From Myxococcales bacterium (GTDB lineage: Bacteria > Myxococcota_A > UBA9042), in the NCBI GenBank assembly GCA_009692465.1, contig SHZD01000003.1:15121-79120 (forward strand): DNA of 64,000 nucleotides, in the 5' to 3' direction. This document shows positions 40,758-50,636 of this stretch, piece after piece (position 1 is the first letter of the stretch; each line of letters begins with the position of its first letter). Under the pieces are notes generated by a model, which was not told the DNA's origin, did no database searches, and saw nothing but the letters and a program-made list of their open reading frames with translations. Both the position numbers and the translations under genes were made by a program.

Positions 40758-42049
40758 CACGGCACCTCCCAAGTGCCGACGACGGGGGCGTGATCGCTTA
40801 ACCGCACCGGATCGGTGGTTAGCACTGGCCCAATGCCGTTGTCGCCGCCAATTTTTTGGCCCTTTTGCTGAGCGACGTCGGTGGACCCGATGACCCACGA
40901 GGTACCTTTGCTGGCGAATAAGTAGTCGAGGGTGCGATTCCAAAAGCCTTTTTCGCCTTTGTCGTTCACTTCGTCAGGCCCCAACACCGAGTGGGTAAAG
41001 AAGCGTTTTTGCTCAAGTTCGCTCTTGCCGTAGCGGTCCAGTGCGATGGCGGCGACGTAATTGTCGTAAAACCTTTGCATAATTTCAGGGGTGTACGGCG
41101 GCTGAGCAAAATCGGCGCTGCATACCGCCTTCTCGCGCTCGTCCATAAAGCCGTGTTTGCGCACCGCGATCGGCGGCAACTCATTGAAATCGCCACCGAC
41201 CATGAACGGTAGGGGCTCTTTTTTCAACAGCTCGTCGATATGCTCGATCTGCTTTTTCTTGGTACCGTCGTTGTCATACGCCTCGCTATGCACCGCCCAA
41301 ATTGCGACTTTGGTCCCGGTTTTAATTTCGATTTCCGCCCGACCCAAAGCCCGTTTGAGGTAGAACATGGAAGTCAGCGCATCTTGGTCGGTGCGGTCGA
41401 CTTGGCGAATTCGCTCCGCTTTGGTGATTTTATGCTTTGAAAATATCGCGTTACCCAAATGAATGCGCCCAACCCCTTCGCTGGCGATGTACTTGGAATT
41501 CCAAGTGCTGGCGAACGTCGCGTAGTTCAAGTTGGTGTTTTCTAGGATGCCCTTGACCATATCGAAATACGCCGAACGCCTAGAGTTGACTTCAATTTCT
41601 TCGGCGATGAGCACATCGGGGTCCAGTTCCCCAATCGCCGCGTACAGTTTGGCCATGTTGGCGTCGACTTCGGCGCGGCTCATTTGCGAGCGGTCGCCCC
41701 AACAGTCGAACCAGAATGGGATGCGGCCGGCACCGTATTTAATGTTCCACGCCACGACCTTGAGTCTGGCGGGAGCGCTGACGGCGACGGGCGTAACCAG
41801 AGTCGACCGCTTGAAAATCGGCGCTGGCTCGCGATCGTAGTCTTGCGGGTCGGCGATCGGCTCGCAGGCGCAGGCTAGCGCGGCGGTGCAGGCCACCACA
41901 ACGGCACACCAGCGATGCGGCACATGGATGCAGGGCACGGCGGCCTCCAGCGACCGACGGGCAGGCCGGTGCGGGCGGACAGTCGCGCGAACGAGGCAGT
42001 ATGTCAACCGCTTCAGCGACCCACAAAGCAAGCAGGACACGCTGAGCAA
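40757..42049 (-). CDS. endonuclease/exonuclease/phosphatase (EEP) family protein
   Basis: EEP fold blocks (VVAWNIKYG, IAEE, GDFN, SDHAPV). Translationally coupled to the downstream OMP-like gene. Confidence 0.65.
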   Translation of the reverse strand: MLSVSCLLCGSLKRLTYCLVRATVRPHRPARRSLEAAVPCIHVPHRWCAVVVACTAALACACEPIADPQDYDREPAPIFKRSTLVTPVAVSAPARLKVVAWNIKYGAGRIPFWFDCWGDRSQMSRAEVDANMAKLYAAIGELDPDVLIAEEIEVNSRRSAYFDMVKGILENTNLNYATFASTWNSKYIASEGVGRIHLGNAIFSKHKITKAERIRQVDRTDQDALTSMFYLKRALGRAEIEIKTGTKVAIWAVHSEAYDNDGTKKKQIEHIDELLKKEPLPFMVGGDFNELPPIAVRKHGFMDEREKAVCSADFAQPPYTPEIMQRFYDNYVAAIALDRYGKSELEQKRFFTHSVLGPDEVNDKGEKGFWNRTLDYLFASKGTSWVIGSTDVAQQKGQKIGGDNGIGPVLTTDPVRLSDHAPVVGTWEVP

Positions 42050-42068
42050 ATCTCATTTGCGCGGCTGT

Positions 42069-43157
42069 TTAGAAGGGCAAATTCTCGACGACGTTAGCCT
42101 TGCGTCGCAGTTCTTGCATAATTCTGCGCTCTTCCATGTAGGTCTTGCGGGCCAAGATGCTTTTGCGAATTTCCTGCCGCACTTCGACAAACGGCTTGTT
42201 GCGCTGTTCGTTTTTCTCAATCAAGCGCAGGACGTACCAGCCCCAGCGCGTCAGCACCGGCGCGGCAATTTCGCCAACCTTGAGTTCAAAAGCGACATTT
42301 TCCAACTCCGGCTGACCGGAATTACGCACCAAATGCAAAGGCGGCTGAGCACCGTCGCCGTACTGCTTGGCCAGCAACTCAAAATCGCCGCCGGCCTTGA
42401 GTGCCTCATGAGCCTCTTTAGCCTTGCTTTCGGCCTTGTCCTTTTCGGCCTTGGGCACTTCGGCGCCGACCCGCACCAAAATCGCCCGCACATCGCGCGA
42501 GGCCATTTCGACCCACGCCGACGGGTTCTCGTCGTAAAAAGCCTTCATTTCTTGTTCGGACACGTCGGTGCGCCCCAGTTTTTCCACCAGTTTCTTGCCC
42601 AGCGCCTGTTGCTTAAGGTGGTCTTTGACTTGGGCGACCGAACTGCGGGCGTTGCGCAGCTCAGTATGCATGCGTTCTTCGTCGAGCTTGCCGGCGTCGT
42701 CGACAAATCGCTGGGTAAACTCGCGCCATGACTCATCTTCCTCGGACTGGGTCAGCGAAATGCCGTTGACCGCAATCGCCTGCTGACGCAGCTCGCTCTC
42801 CACCAACCGACTGATGATGTTGTGCGCAATCCGGCGCAAGCGATCGGTGGGGATACGCGCACCGGCGCCGACCAGCTTGTCCAGTTCAGCGTTGAACGCG
42901 GCGGCGCTAATATCGCGACCATTGACTGCGGCAACTGGACCGATCGCAGCCATGGGTGCGGCGGCAGACGCCTGTCCTTCCGCGGTCGCTGGCGCGGGTT
43001 CCGCTGTGGGCGTCGGCGCTTGGGCTGCAGATGCTGGGTCCGTCGCTGCCATCGGCGCGGGAACTGGTACAGCCGGCGGCGCTTGGGGTCGACTGCAGCC
43101 GGCGGCCATCGCCGTCAGCGCACAGATCGCATACGAATACCAAGTTTGCATCGCCAT
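42069..43157 (-). CDS. SurA/PpiC-type peptidyl-prolyl cis-trans isomerase-like lipoprotein
   Basis: Lipobox AAGC. Chaperone-like N-terminal region. PpiC-type rotamase block near the C-terminus. Confidence 0.55.
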   Translation of the reverse strand: MAMQTWYSYAICALTAMAAGCSRPQAPPAVPVPAPMAATDPASAAQAPTPTAEPAPATAEGQASAAAPMAAIGPVAAVNGRDISAAAFNAELDKLVGAGARIPTDRLRRIAHNIISRLVESELRQQAIAVNGISLTQSEEDESWREFTQRFVDDAGKLDEERMHTELRNARSSVAQVKDHLKQQALGKKLVEKLGRTDVSEQEMKAFYDENPSAWVEMASRDVRAILVRVGAEVPKAEKDKAESKAKEAHEALKAGGDFELLAKQYGDGAQPPLHLVRNSGQPELENVAFELKVGEIAAPVLTRWGWYVLRLIEKNEQRNKPFVEVRQEIRKSILARKTYMEERRIMQELRRKANVVENLPF

Positions 43158-43422
43158 TTGCCTCTCGTTGCGTCCGCGGCCGGGCTGGCTGGGCGGCTAC
43201 ACCTTGCCTATCGCCACCGCGACGTGCAACACGGTCAGCGGCCCAGTTGTTCCGCTTTGGGGCCGAGTCCAGTGAGGGTGGAGCCTAAAGCAGAACCAAC
43301 CGACTTGTGGCCCCGACCGACCTGCCTGTGCCGTTTGCAGCTGAGCGAGTAGCGTTGCGGCTAGGCTGTCACCAGAATCGGGCAAAACGGCCACCAAAAG
43401 CACAAGAGCCTTCGCGGTGAGT

Positions 43423-43574
43423 CTAAGAGCCCGTGCAAGAATTACTCGATCGATCCGCGACAGGAACGGAGCGTCGAGTCGGCTTGCAAAGCCGCGAGTT
43501 AGCGACCCACCAAACAAGCAGTGGGCCCAAGTGCAAAATCGGTTTGATTTTGCACGGGCCCTAACTCCGCGAAG
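43423..43574 (-). mobile_element. MITE Family B copy 4
   Basis: TIR TTAGGGCCCGTGCAA at both ends. Located ~265 bp upstream of the SurA-like lipoprotein gene, in the same relative orientation as the other copies. Confidence 0.75.
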
Positions 43575-43601
43575 GCCCTGTGGTGTTCGGTCAGATCGGG
43601 T

Positions 43602-44906
43602 TTACCACGCGTAGTACAACGCCCAGTCGACGCCCCAGTTGCCGGTTTCTTTGCCCGTGGCGGCGTACAAGCCGTTGTTGTAGTAGGTCGGATCGACATT
43701 GACGTCCAATTGCCAGCCCATCAGCTTGAAGCCCATGCCGGTGGTGACCTTGTTAATCACCTTGGACTTATGGGCCTCTCCGTCGACGTCGGCCGAAGCG
43801 CCACCGCCGGGGGGTTGTTTCTTGGTGGCGGCGAAGTCGTCTTGGACGATGGTCTGGCGAGCGCCCAAGCGCAACACCATCCAATCAAACGCCTTGGCTT
43901 CGGCAGCGAATCCATAGTGGAAAAGTCGACGCGCCGAGTTTTCCTGATCCCAGTTGGGCGAGCGATCGGTGTTGCCATTGACGTTGGACTGCACGACACC
44001 AAAGCCAACGCCCGGCTGAATCAACACGCCGTCGACCGGCTGAATCGCCAAGTCGGCGCCGGCATTGAACGCCAGATTAATCGTGTGGCCATACAGAGCG
44101 ACCGTATTGGGCGGGGTAATCTGCGGACCTTCCTGCACGGCGCGGGCGTCATAAGCCAGCGCCAGAAACGGGACGATGCGCGCAATTTGATGCACTTGGA
44201 ACTTGCCGCGACCGACCAAGTTGAGGCCAAACAGACCCTTGGACTCGTACAACACTTTGCCGTCTTTGGCTTCGTCCTTGGTGAACGAGCCCGAGCGCAG
44301 GCTCAAGCCGAAGTCCAAGCTGTTGGTTTCATTGAGGTCAAACCCAATGCCCGCGGCAAAATCGAACAACGAGTTGTTGTCTTCATGGCTGGCGTCGCCT
44401 TCGCCCTTGTTGCCGGCCAGCGACAAGTGGGTGCCCAAACGCAGCGATTCTCCGGCTTTCATGCCAAAGCCGACGCCAATCAGGTGGTTGGTCGGGTCGA
44501 CCGACGACTGACCGAAACTGCTGGCCTTGAGCGCCGTGCGCCCGCCGATCGACTGGACGTTGACGACAGGTAGCCACGCCGACTTTTTGCCGAAAATCAG
44601 CAGCACGGCGTCGTCGGACAGCGCATAGCGCACGTTCATGGTGCCGTACGTAGCACCGCTGGTCGCATCCGAGTCGACGCTGTTCTTGTACATGGGCAAG
44701 AACTGCGGCATCAGGTAGATGTTGGCTGTATCGTCGATGGTGATCGTCTTTTCGTTAAAGCCCATAGACGGAGTCAGCTCCAAGCTGCCAGCCGACAAGC
44801 CGTTGATGCGCGAATCGGTCGCCAAAGCGGGTGCCGCGATCATGCAGGGCGCCGCGATCATGCAAAGCGTCGCAGCAGCTGCGCCGAGGTTAAACCGTGT
44901 CTTCAT
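43602..44906 (-). CDS. outer membrane beta-barrel protein
   Basis: Signal peptide carrying an 18-bp tandem duplication (MIAAPC MIAAPA). C-terminus ..ALYYAW with a terminal aromatic residue. Confidence 0.55.
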   Translation of the reverse strand: MKTRFNLGAAAATLCMIAAPCMIAAPALATDSRINGLSAGSLELTPSMGFNEKTITIDDTANIYLMPQFLPMYKNSVDSDATSGATYGTMNVRYALSDDAVLLIFGKKSAWLPVVNVQSIGGRTALKASSFGQSSVDPTNHLIGVGFGMKAGESLRLGTHLSLAGNKGEGDASHEDNNSLFDFAAGIGFDLNETNSLDFGLSLRSGSFTKDEAKDGKVLYESKGLFGLNLVGRGKFQVHQIARIVPFLALAYDARAVQEGPQITPPNTVALYGHTINLAFNAGADLAIQPVDGVLIQPGVGFGVVQSNVNGNTDRSPNWDQENSARRLFHYGFAAEAKAFDWMVLRLGARQTIVQDDFAATKKQPPGGGASADVDGEAHKSKVINKVTTGMGFKLMGWQLDVNVDPTYYNNGLYAATGKETGNWGVDWALYYAW

Positions 44907-44924
44907 GATTCGTTCTCCGTTTTT

Positions 44925-46148
44925 TTGAGGCATTTTCGGCGCTTAGTGTGCCGCCCGCAGTCGCGGGCCCAGCAGGGAAACCAAGCCCAGCAGAGGCGGC
45001 GGCCTTGTAGCACAGGAGGCGAACTGGTGCAAGATTGCAGCGGCAATCCACACAAGCAACCCGCGCAGGCCCCCGAGCGCAACGCTGACTTGACGCTGCC
45101 GACGGCGCCGCCGACCATTCGCGGCGTGACTAGCGCCTCTCCCATCGCCCCCACGCCTACATCAACCGGTTCGGTGGCGACCGGTTCGGAGGTCACCAGT
45201 TTAGAAAAGGTGAGCGCCGAGCTAGCCCAAGCCCAGTTCGAAGCGGACAGCGCCAATCCCGCGCTGCTGTTGAGCCAGATTGCCGCAGCCTTGCGCCACG
45301 CCCGCTATGGCGGCATTGACGCCGTGCAGCGGATTCAGGCTGCACCGATCGAGCGCCCTGCGCCGAATATGCCCACCACTGCGCCGAAAATGCCCACCAC
45401 TGCGCTGACACTGCCCACCACCGCGCCTCAGCCTGCCCTGACCACGGCTGCCGTCACTGGTAGTGCCCTTGCCGCTCCTTCGCCGCGCTTGAGCCAACCG
45501 CTGCCGCAGCCCTCGCTGTTGCCGGCTGCCTCTGCGGGTGCCATTACCGCCGCCTTGACCACCCGGCGTCAGCAAGTTCGCGACCAGCTGCATGACATGT
45601 TTGGGCGCGCCAACGCCTGCGTGCGCTGTCCTCGCCATCACGGGCGTCTGCGGGCGGTCGCGGGGACAGGCAGCGTCACGGCAAAACTGTTTATCGTGGC
45701 CGAAACTCCTGACCAAGCCGATGAAAAGGCGGCCAAACCGATGCAAGGCGAAGCGGGCGCATTGCTCGACCGCATGTTGGCAGCCATGGGCTTGCACCGC
45801 GATGAGGTGTGGTTGACCCACTTGTGCTTGTGCCGTGGGGCCACGGACAGCGCGCTGTTGCCGTCGGAGGCGGCGGCTTGCAGTCCTTGGTTGCGGCAAC
45901 AGTGGGAAGCGATCAACCCACAAGTGCTGGTTATTTTAGGCGAACCTGCCGCTCGGTTCCTGCTGCGTCACGATGTCGAGCTCGCCAATTTGCGTGGACA
46001 GTGGCACACGGTGCGCAACACGCCGGCGCGGGCGACTTGGAGCCTGGCGGACGTGCTGGCCGATCCCGCCAAGAAAAGGGAAGTGTGGGCTGATCTGCTG
46101 GCGGTCATGCACAAGCTGGGGTTGCGGCGGCCGCCGACTGCAGGCTAA
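44925..46148 (+). CDS. uracil-DNA glycosylase superfamily protein (family 4-like) with a Pro/Ala/Thr-rich repeat N-terminus
   Basis: C-terminal UDG fold with CxxC..HH and an AETPD...GEAGALLDRML block that corresponds to GE(A/G)PG..G..L. Start uncertain. Confidence 0.45.
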   Translation: MRHFRRLVCRPQSRAQQGNQAQQRRRPCSTGGELVQDCSGNPHKQPAQAPERNADLTLPTAPPTIRGVTSASPIAPTPTSTGSVATGSEVTSLEKVSAELAQAQFEADSANPALLLSQIAAALRHARYGGIDAVQRIQAAPIERPAPNMPTTAPKMPTTALTLPTTAPQPALTTAAVTGSALAAPSPRLSQPLPQPSLLPAASAGAITAALTTRRQQVRDQLHDMFGRANACVRCPRHHGRLRAVAGTGSVTAKLFIVAETPDQADEKAAKPMQGEAGALLDRMLAAMGLHRDEVWLTHLCLCRGATDSALLPSEAAACSPWLRQQWEAINPQVLVILGEPAARFLLRHDVELANLRGQWHTVRNTPARATWSLADVLADPAKKREVWADLLAVMHKLGLRRPPTAG

Positions 46149-47552
46149 TTGGCGTTGACGGCAGGTAAGCAGCGGCCTAAGTTGGCGCCGCCAAAGAACG
46201 AAAGAACGAGCGCCGCGGCCATGACCGAACCTGACAGCAAGACCACGCCTGCGGGCATCAGTTCGGACACTGAGCGCAGTCGCCGCCACACCCGAACCTA
46301 TAGCGACGGTTTTGTTGCGCTTGCCGCGCAAGATGGCGCAAGCGACCCCGCGCCGGTCGTTGCGGTTGCCGGCGAATCCGCCCATCGCCGCCAACGGCCC
46401 ACCTCGCAAACAGTGCTGGAGTTGCCGCAAGATCGCGCAGCGTTGGCCCTGCCGCAGATTCCCGACGAAGAGCTCATTGCCGTGGATGATCTGGCCACCG
46501 GCTCGCAGACCGCTGGCGGCAGTCAGTTCGTCGCCAGCGAAGTAGTTGATGCAAGTGAAGTTCTTGGAGCCAGCGAAGTGGCCGTGCTCGACGAAGGGGT
46601 CGTTGTCGGCGCAACGCACAGCGGCGGTTCAGCGCCCCGACCGAGCGTCAGTATTGCGTTGCATAAGCCCTTCGGTCAGCTTCGAAGCGACGCGACGCGC
46701 ACCGACACCCGCCAGACGCAGACCGCGCACACGGCGGTGGGGCCGGTGCCAGTGGCGCAACGGTCGACAGCCCGGCAGCCCGCGATCCGCAAGGCAACAG
46801 GCTGGTTTGGCCCAGTGGCGTTGCTGGCTGCGGCTCTGGCGGGCAGCGCGGCGGCGTGGCGGTTGGTGGGCCAGACGCCGGCAAGTGAGTCTAGTGGCGG
46901 CGCGCTTGAGGTTGCCGACGCGCCGGCAGTAGTCCCTGTCGCCAGTGCAGCGGTCGCGCACAGCGACGAATCCCAGGCGGCAGGCGCGGTCGCTGCTCCA
47001 ATCCGCGCTGGTGAGGCGGCCGAGGTTGTCGCGGCGGCAAGGCCGCAGCTGGGTCCGGTAGTCGCAGCGGTAGCGGACCCAGTAGCGATCCCAGCCCGAG
47101 TAGCGATCCCAGCCCGAGTAGCGATCCCAGCTGGGGTCGGTGCGAGTTCCGTCAGCGCTCAATCGCGGGTGGCGAATGAGCCTGCGCAACCGGCACTGCA
47201 ACCGGCACTGCAACCGGCACTGCAACCGGCACTGCAACCGGCACTGCAACCGGCACTGCAACCGGCACTGCCGTCGGCACCACCAGTGGCCAGCAAACCG
47301 CCACGGGCACCGGAATTGGCCGACTTGTGCCAGCGCGGGGCGTGGGTGGTCCAAGGCACCGCGGCCGATGCCGAGGCACCGTACTTGGCGTTGCGCGACC
47401 AGCCGCGAAATGACTCAAAATTACTAGCGAAACTTTCGGATGGCACCCGCGTCGGCTACGGTAGCCGCCAAGGTCGCTGGATTTGGGCACAGGTGTGCGC
47501 GACGGGTCAAGCGGGTTGGCTCAACCAGAAATGGTTGGCACCAGCGCGCTGA
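46149..47552 (+). CDS. membrane-anchored low-complexity protein with a C-terminal bacterial SH3 (SH3b) domain and an in-frame 12-bp x8 repeat (PALQ)
   Basis: One TM helix, (PALQ)n at 47190-47285, and a C-terminal SH3b-like block. Confidence 0.45.
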   Translation: MALTAGKQRPKLAPPKNERTSAAAMTEPDSKTTPAGISSDTERSRRHTRTYSDGFVALAAQDGASDPAPVVAVAGESAHRRQRPTSQTVLELPQDRAALALPQIPDEELIAVDDLATGSQTAGGSQFVASEVVDASEVLGASEVAVLDEGVVVGATHSGGSAPRPSVSIALHKPFGQLRSDATRTDTRQTQTAHTAVGPVPVAQRSTARQPAIRKATGWFGPVALLAAALAGSAAAWRLVGQTPASESSGGALEVADAPAVVPVASAAVAHSDESQAAGAVAAPIRAGEAAEVVAAARPQLGPVVAAVADPVAIPARVAIPARVAIPAGVGASSVSAQSRVANEPAQPALQPALQPALQPALQPALQPALQPALPSAPPVASKPPRAPELADLCQRGAWVVQGTAADAEAPYLALRDQPRNDSKLLAKLSDGTRVGYGSRQGRWIWAQVCATGQAGWLNQKWLAPAR

Positions 47553-47570
47553 TCCAGACAAGGGGATAGC

Positions 47571-48554
47571 ATGATCGTGATGGGCAGTAAGTCGTGGAAA
47601 CAAGGTGAACCTCTGGTGCGAATGGAGCTGGAGACGCCAGTTCCGGGCCGCAAACAAGTAGTGGTGGCGGTGCACTTTATCGGCGTCAATCCGGTGGATT
47701 GGAAAATGCGGCAATCCGGGCCGCTGCGTTTCGCCGCGCGGGCACTGGGGGCGATCCGCGGCCCCAAACCGCCGGTAGTCATCGGCGTCGATTTCGCGGG
47801 CGTCGTACAGGCCATCGGCAGCGACGTCACCACATTTGCGGTGGGCGACCGCGTAGTCGGTGGCAGCAATTTTTCGCGGGGTCAACGCGGCAGCTACGCG
47901 GACACCGTGATTGTGTACCCCGATCAGCTGTGCAAGCTGCCCGATTCGGTGCCCTTGGACATTGCCGGCTGCTTGCCGGTGGCCGGGGTGACCGCGCACA
48001 TGGCGCTGACCCAGTATTGCCCGATCAGTGCTGGAAAAAAGGTGCTGGTGCTGGGCGCTTCGGGCGGTGTCGGCCAGTTTGCGGTGCAGATCGCTAAGCA
48101 TGTGCTCAATGCGGACTTGGTGGCGGGGGTGTGCTCTGCAAAAAATGTCCAACTGGTCAAAGACTTGGGGGCCGACATCGTGTTGGACTACACCGCAGGC
48201 GACCCGCTGCTCGCCGCGCAGGCCCATGGCCCCTATGACGTCATTGTCGATGGCGTCGGCAGCTATCCGGCGGCCCATTGCCGCAAGTTGCTGACCAAGG
48301 ATGGAGCCCACATCATGGTCGCTGGGGATAAAGCGGAAAGTATGCTGCAAATTGCCGTGCCGCCATTCCAGAGCAAAGCCATCTTGGGCGCCCCCGACGG
48401 CCAGCATTTACTGCCGTTGGTGCAAGCGGTGGCCGAGGGCAAAGTTAAAGTCCTGATCGCCCATTGCCTGCCGTTGGCCGATGCCCAAAAAGCCCATGAT
48501 TTGAGCCAGGGCGGCCGGGTGGTCGGCAAAATTGTGCTCCAAGCCCGGCCCTAG
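47571..48554 (+). CDS. zinc-type alcohol dehydrogenase / NADPH:quinone oxidoreductase (MDR family)
   Basis: MDR fold with GASGGVG cofactor motif. 327 aa. The stop TAG is part of the CTAG terminus of MITE-C copy 1. Confidence 0.75.
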   Translation: MIVMGSKSWKQGEPLVRMELETPVPGRKQVVVAVHFIGVNPVDWKMRQSGPLRFAARALGAIRGPKPPVVIGVDFAGVVQAIGSDVTTFAVGDRVVGGSNFSRGQRGSYADTVIVYPDQLCKLPDSVPLDIAGCLPVAGVTAHMALTQYCPISAGKKVLVLGASGGVGQFAVQIAKHVLNADLVAGVCSAKNVQLVKDLGADIVLDYTAGDPLLAAQAHGPYDVIVDGVGSYPAAHCRKLLTKDGAHIMVAGDKAESMLQIAVPPFQSKAILGAPDGQHLLPLVQAVAEGKVKVLIAHCLPLADAQKAHDLSQGGRVVGKIVLQARP

Positions 48555-48769
48555 GAGCGTGTCGGAGTATTCCGGCTCGCTCCTAGGACCGTCTGGCTAG
48601 ACGGCGGCAACTGTCTGAAACTGCACAAATTTGATTGGGCCAGTTCTCCGGGCAGTTCTTGGACAGTTGAGAATATCTGAATGGCTAGGAGCCTGTCGGA
48701 TCGTAATAGATTCATTGTGTATAACCTGATAGACATTTAACAACCGATTAATTTCCGACAGGCTCTTAG
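48551..48769 (+). mobile_element. MITE-like Family C copy 1, a CTAG-bounded multi-hairpin element
   Basis: Four nested palindromes: ctaggagcg...cgctcctag, ccgtctggctagacgg, caactgtccgaaactgc...gcagtttcggacagttg, and ctaggagcctgtcgga...tccgacaggctcctag. Four copies in the window. Confidence 0.75.
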
Positions 48770-48780
48770 ACAGCCGACTA

Positions 48781-48862
48781 AATCGAATTTGCGCGGCGTC
48801 TCATTGCTGGTTTCGTGGGTGGCGAGCTTGCGCCTGGGGCGTCAAGCCGCTCCAGTATTGTT
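48781..48862 (+). repeat. Family D repeat adjacent to C copy 1
   Basis: Similar to 52685-52770 (reverse complement), 3140-3262 and 24745-24870. Confidence 0.5.
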
Positions 48863-48993
48863 CCGTAATTCTCGACCGTGTGGCCAGAATTGGTCAGCTC
48901 AGTAGCGAAACGCAGAAACGCAGCGGTACAGTCCCGCAATCGGTTTGCGCGTGGTAAATTGGCGGCCTAGTGCCCCGTGGCGCAGTTGGCAGC

Positions 48994-50550
48994 ATGGACA
49001 CCCTCGATCTTTCCCATCCGCTGCAACTGGACGACGTCGTTGCGGTTGCCCGTCAACAGGTTGTGGTCCAACTGGGCAGCGAGGGCCGCGCCAAGGTCCA
49101 AACCGCGCACGCGGTGGTGCAGGCGTTTGTCCGCGACCACACGATCGCGCGCTACGGCATCAATACCGGGTTTGGCGCGCTGGCCGAGGTGGTGATCGCC
49201 GACGACCAAATCGCCGCGTTGCAAACTAATCTGATTCGCTCGCACGCCTGCGGGGTTGGACCACTACTGCCGACCGACGTGGTGCGGGCAATGATGTTGC
49301 TGCGGGCCAAAGTGCTGGCGATCGGCCACAGTGGCGTTCGGCCACAAGTGATTGATACACTGTGTGAAATGCTAAATGCTGGCCTGCACCCGCTGATCCC
49401 TTCGCAGGGTTCGGTCGGGGCGTCGGGCGATCTGGCGCCGCTGGCGCATTTGGCGCTGGTCTTGACTGGCGAAGGGCAAGCGGAGATCGGCGGCGTGGCT
49501 ATGACCGGGGCCCAAGCGCTGCAGCAAGCGCGGATTGCGCCGATCGCCTTGCAGGCCAAAGAAGGTTTGTCGCTGATCAATGGCACCCAGGCGATGACCG
49601 CGATCGCGGTATTGGCGTTGGATCGATCGCAAAACATATGCGATTGCGCGGACTTGACTGGATCCATGGCGGTAGAGGCGCTGCTGGCTACCGATAAGGC
49701 CTTTGACGCCCGCATCGTTGCGCTGCGGCCGCATCCGGGCGCGCTGCAAAGTGCAGCTAATCTGAGAGCTTTGACGGCCGACAGCCCGCTGATTGCCAGC
49801 CATGCCGGACCGGCCGATCGCAAGGTGCAAGACCCGTACTCGATCCGCTGCATGCCGCAAGTGCACGGGGCGGTGCGCGACGCCCTGCAGTTTGTTCGCG
49901 GCACGCTGCAAGTCGAAATCAATGCCGTCACTGATAATCCGCTGATCTTTCAAAATGAAAGTGGTGACGCCACCCATACTACCATCTTGTCAGGCGGCAA
50001 TTTTCACGGTCAGCCGGTGGCGATTGCCTGCGATGTCGCCCGGCTGGCGTTGGTCAGTTTGGCCTCGATGTCGGAGCGGCGCATTGAGCAACTGGTCAAT
50101 CCTACGCTCAATTCTGGCTTGCCCCCGTTCTTGGCGCGCAACAGTGGCTTGAACTCGGGCTTTATGATTGCCCAAGTGACGGCGGCAGCATTAGTGAGTG
50201 AGAGTAAAGGTTTGTGTATGCCGGCCTCGGTTGATTCGATTCCCAGCTCGGCCAACAAGGAAGACCACGTGTCGATGGGGCCGATTGCCGCCCGTCGCTG
50301 GGCCGAAGTCGTGGCTAACTGCGAGACTGTCCTGGCAATTGAGTTGCTTTGTGCGGCGCAGGGCATCGACCAACGCGCGCCCTTGCAACCGGCTCCGGCG
50401 ACGGGCGCGGCGTGGCAAGTTTTGCGGCAACGAGTGAGCCTGATGGAGCAAGATCGTGTTTTGTATCCAGATATTGCCACAGCGACCGAGTTAGTTCGCA
50501 GCGGTGAACTGCTTTTTGCAGCGCGGTCTGCCTTCGGCCAACGTCGCTAA
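48994..50550 (+). CDS. hutH: aromatic amino acid ammonia-lyase family (HAL/PAL/TAL, MIO cofactor), most likely histidine ammonia-lyase
   Basis: GSVGASGDLAPLAHL carries the Ala-Ser-Gly MIO-forming triad. SH motif at LIRSHACG. ~518 aa. No other hut genes are nearby. Confidence 0.6.
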   Translation: MDTLDLSHPLQLDDVVAVARQQVVVQLGSEGRAKVQTAHAVVQAFVRDHTIARYGINTGFGALAEVVIADDQIAALQTNLIRSHACGVGPLLPTDVVRAMMLLRAKVLAIGHSGVRPQVIDTLCEMLNAGLHPLIPSQGSVGASGDLAPLAHLALVLTGEGQAEIGGVAMTGAQALQQARIAPIALQAKEGLSLINGTQAMTAIAVLALDRSQNICDCADLTGSMAVEALLATDKAFDARIVALRPHPGALQSAANLRALTADSPLIASHAGPADRKVQDPYSIRCMPQVHGAVRDALQFVRGTLQVEINAVTDNPLIFQNESGDATHTTILSGGNFHGQPVAIACDVARLALVSLASMSERRIEQLVNPTLNSGLPPFLARNSGLNSGFMIAQVTAAALVSESKGLCMPASVDSIPSSANKEDHVSMGPIAARRWAEVVANCETVLAIELLCAAQGIDQRAPLQPAPATGAAWQVLRQRVSLMEQDRVLYPDIATATELVRSGELLFAARSAFGQRR

Positions 50551-50636
50551 ACCCCTTTGAAAATACATCTCTTTTTTGCGACAGGCTGGGCAACGCCGCA
50601 AAACCCTTTGCTTCAGGCTCCAAAATCGGCTAGACT

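Noticed and set aside
48551-48736. ORFs MSIRLYTMNLL... (also at 52833-53018 and 58926-59138)
   Set aside because: Encoded within Family C hairpin element copies, and hairpin palindromes generate mirrored ORFs. Not genes.
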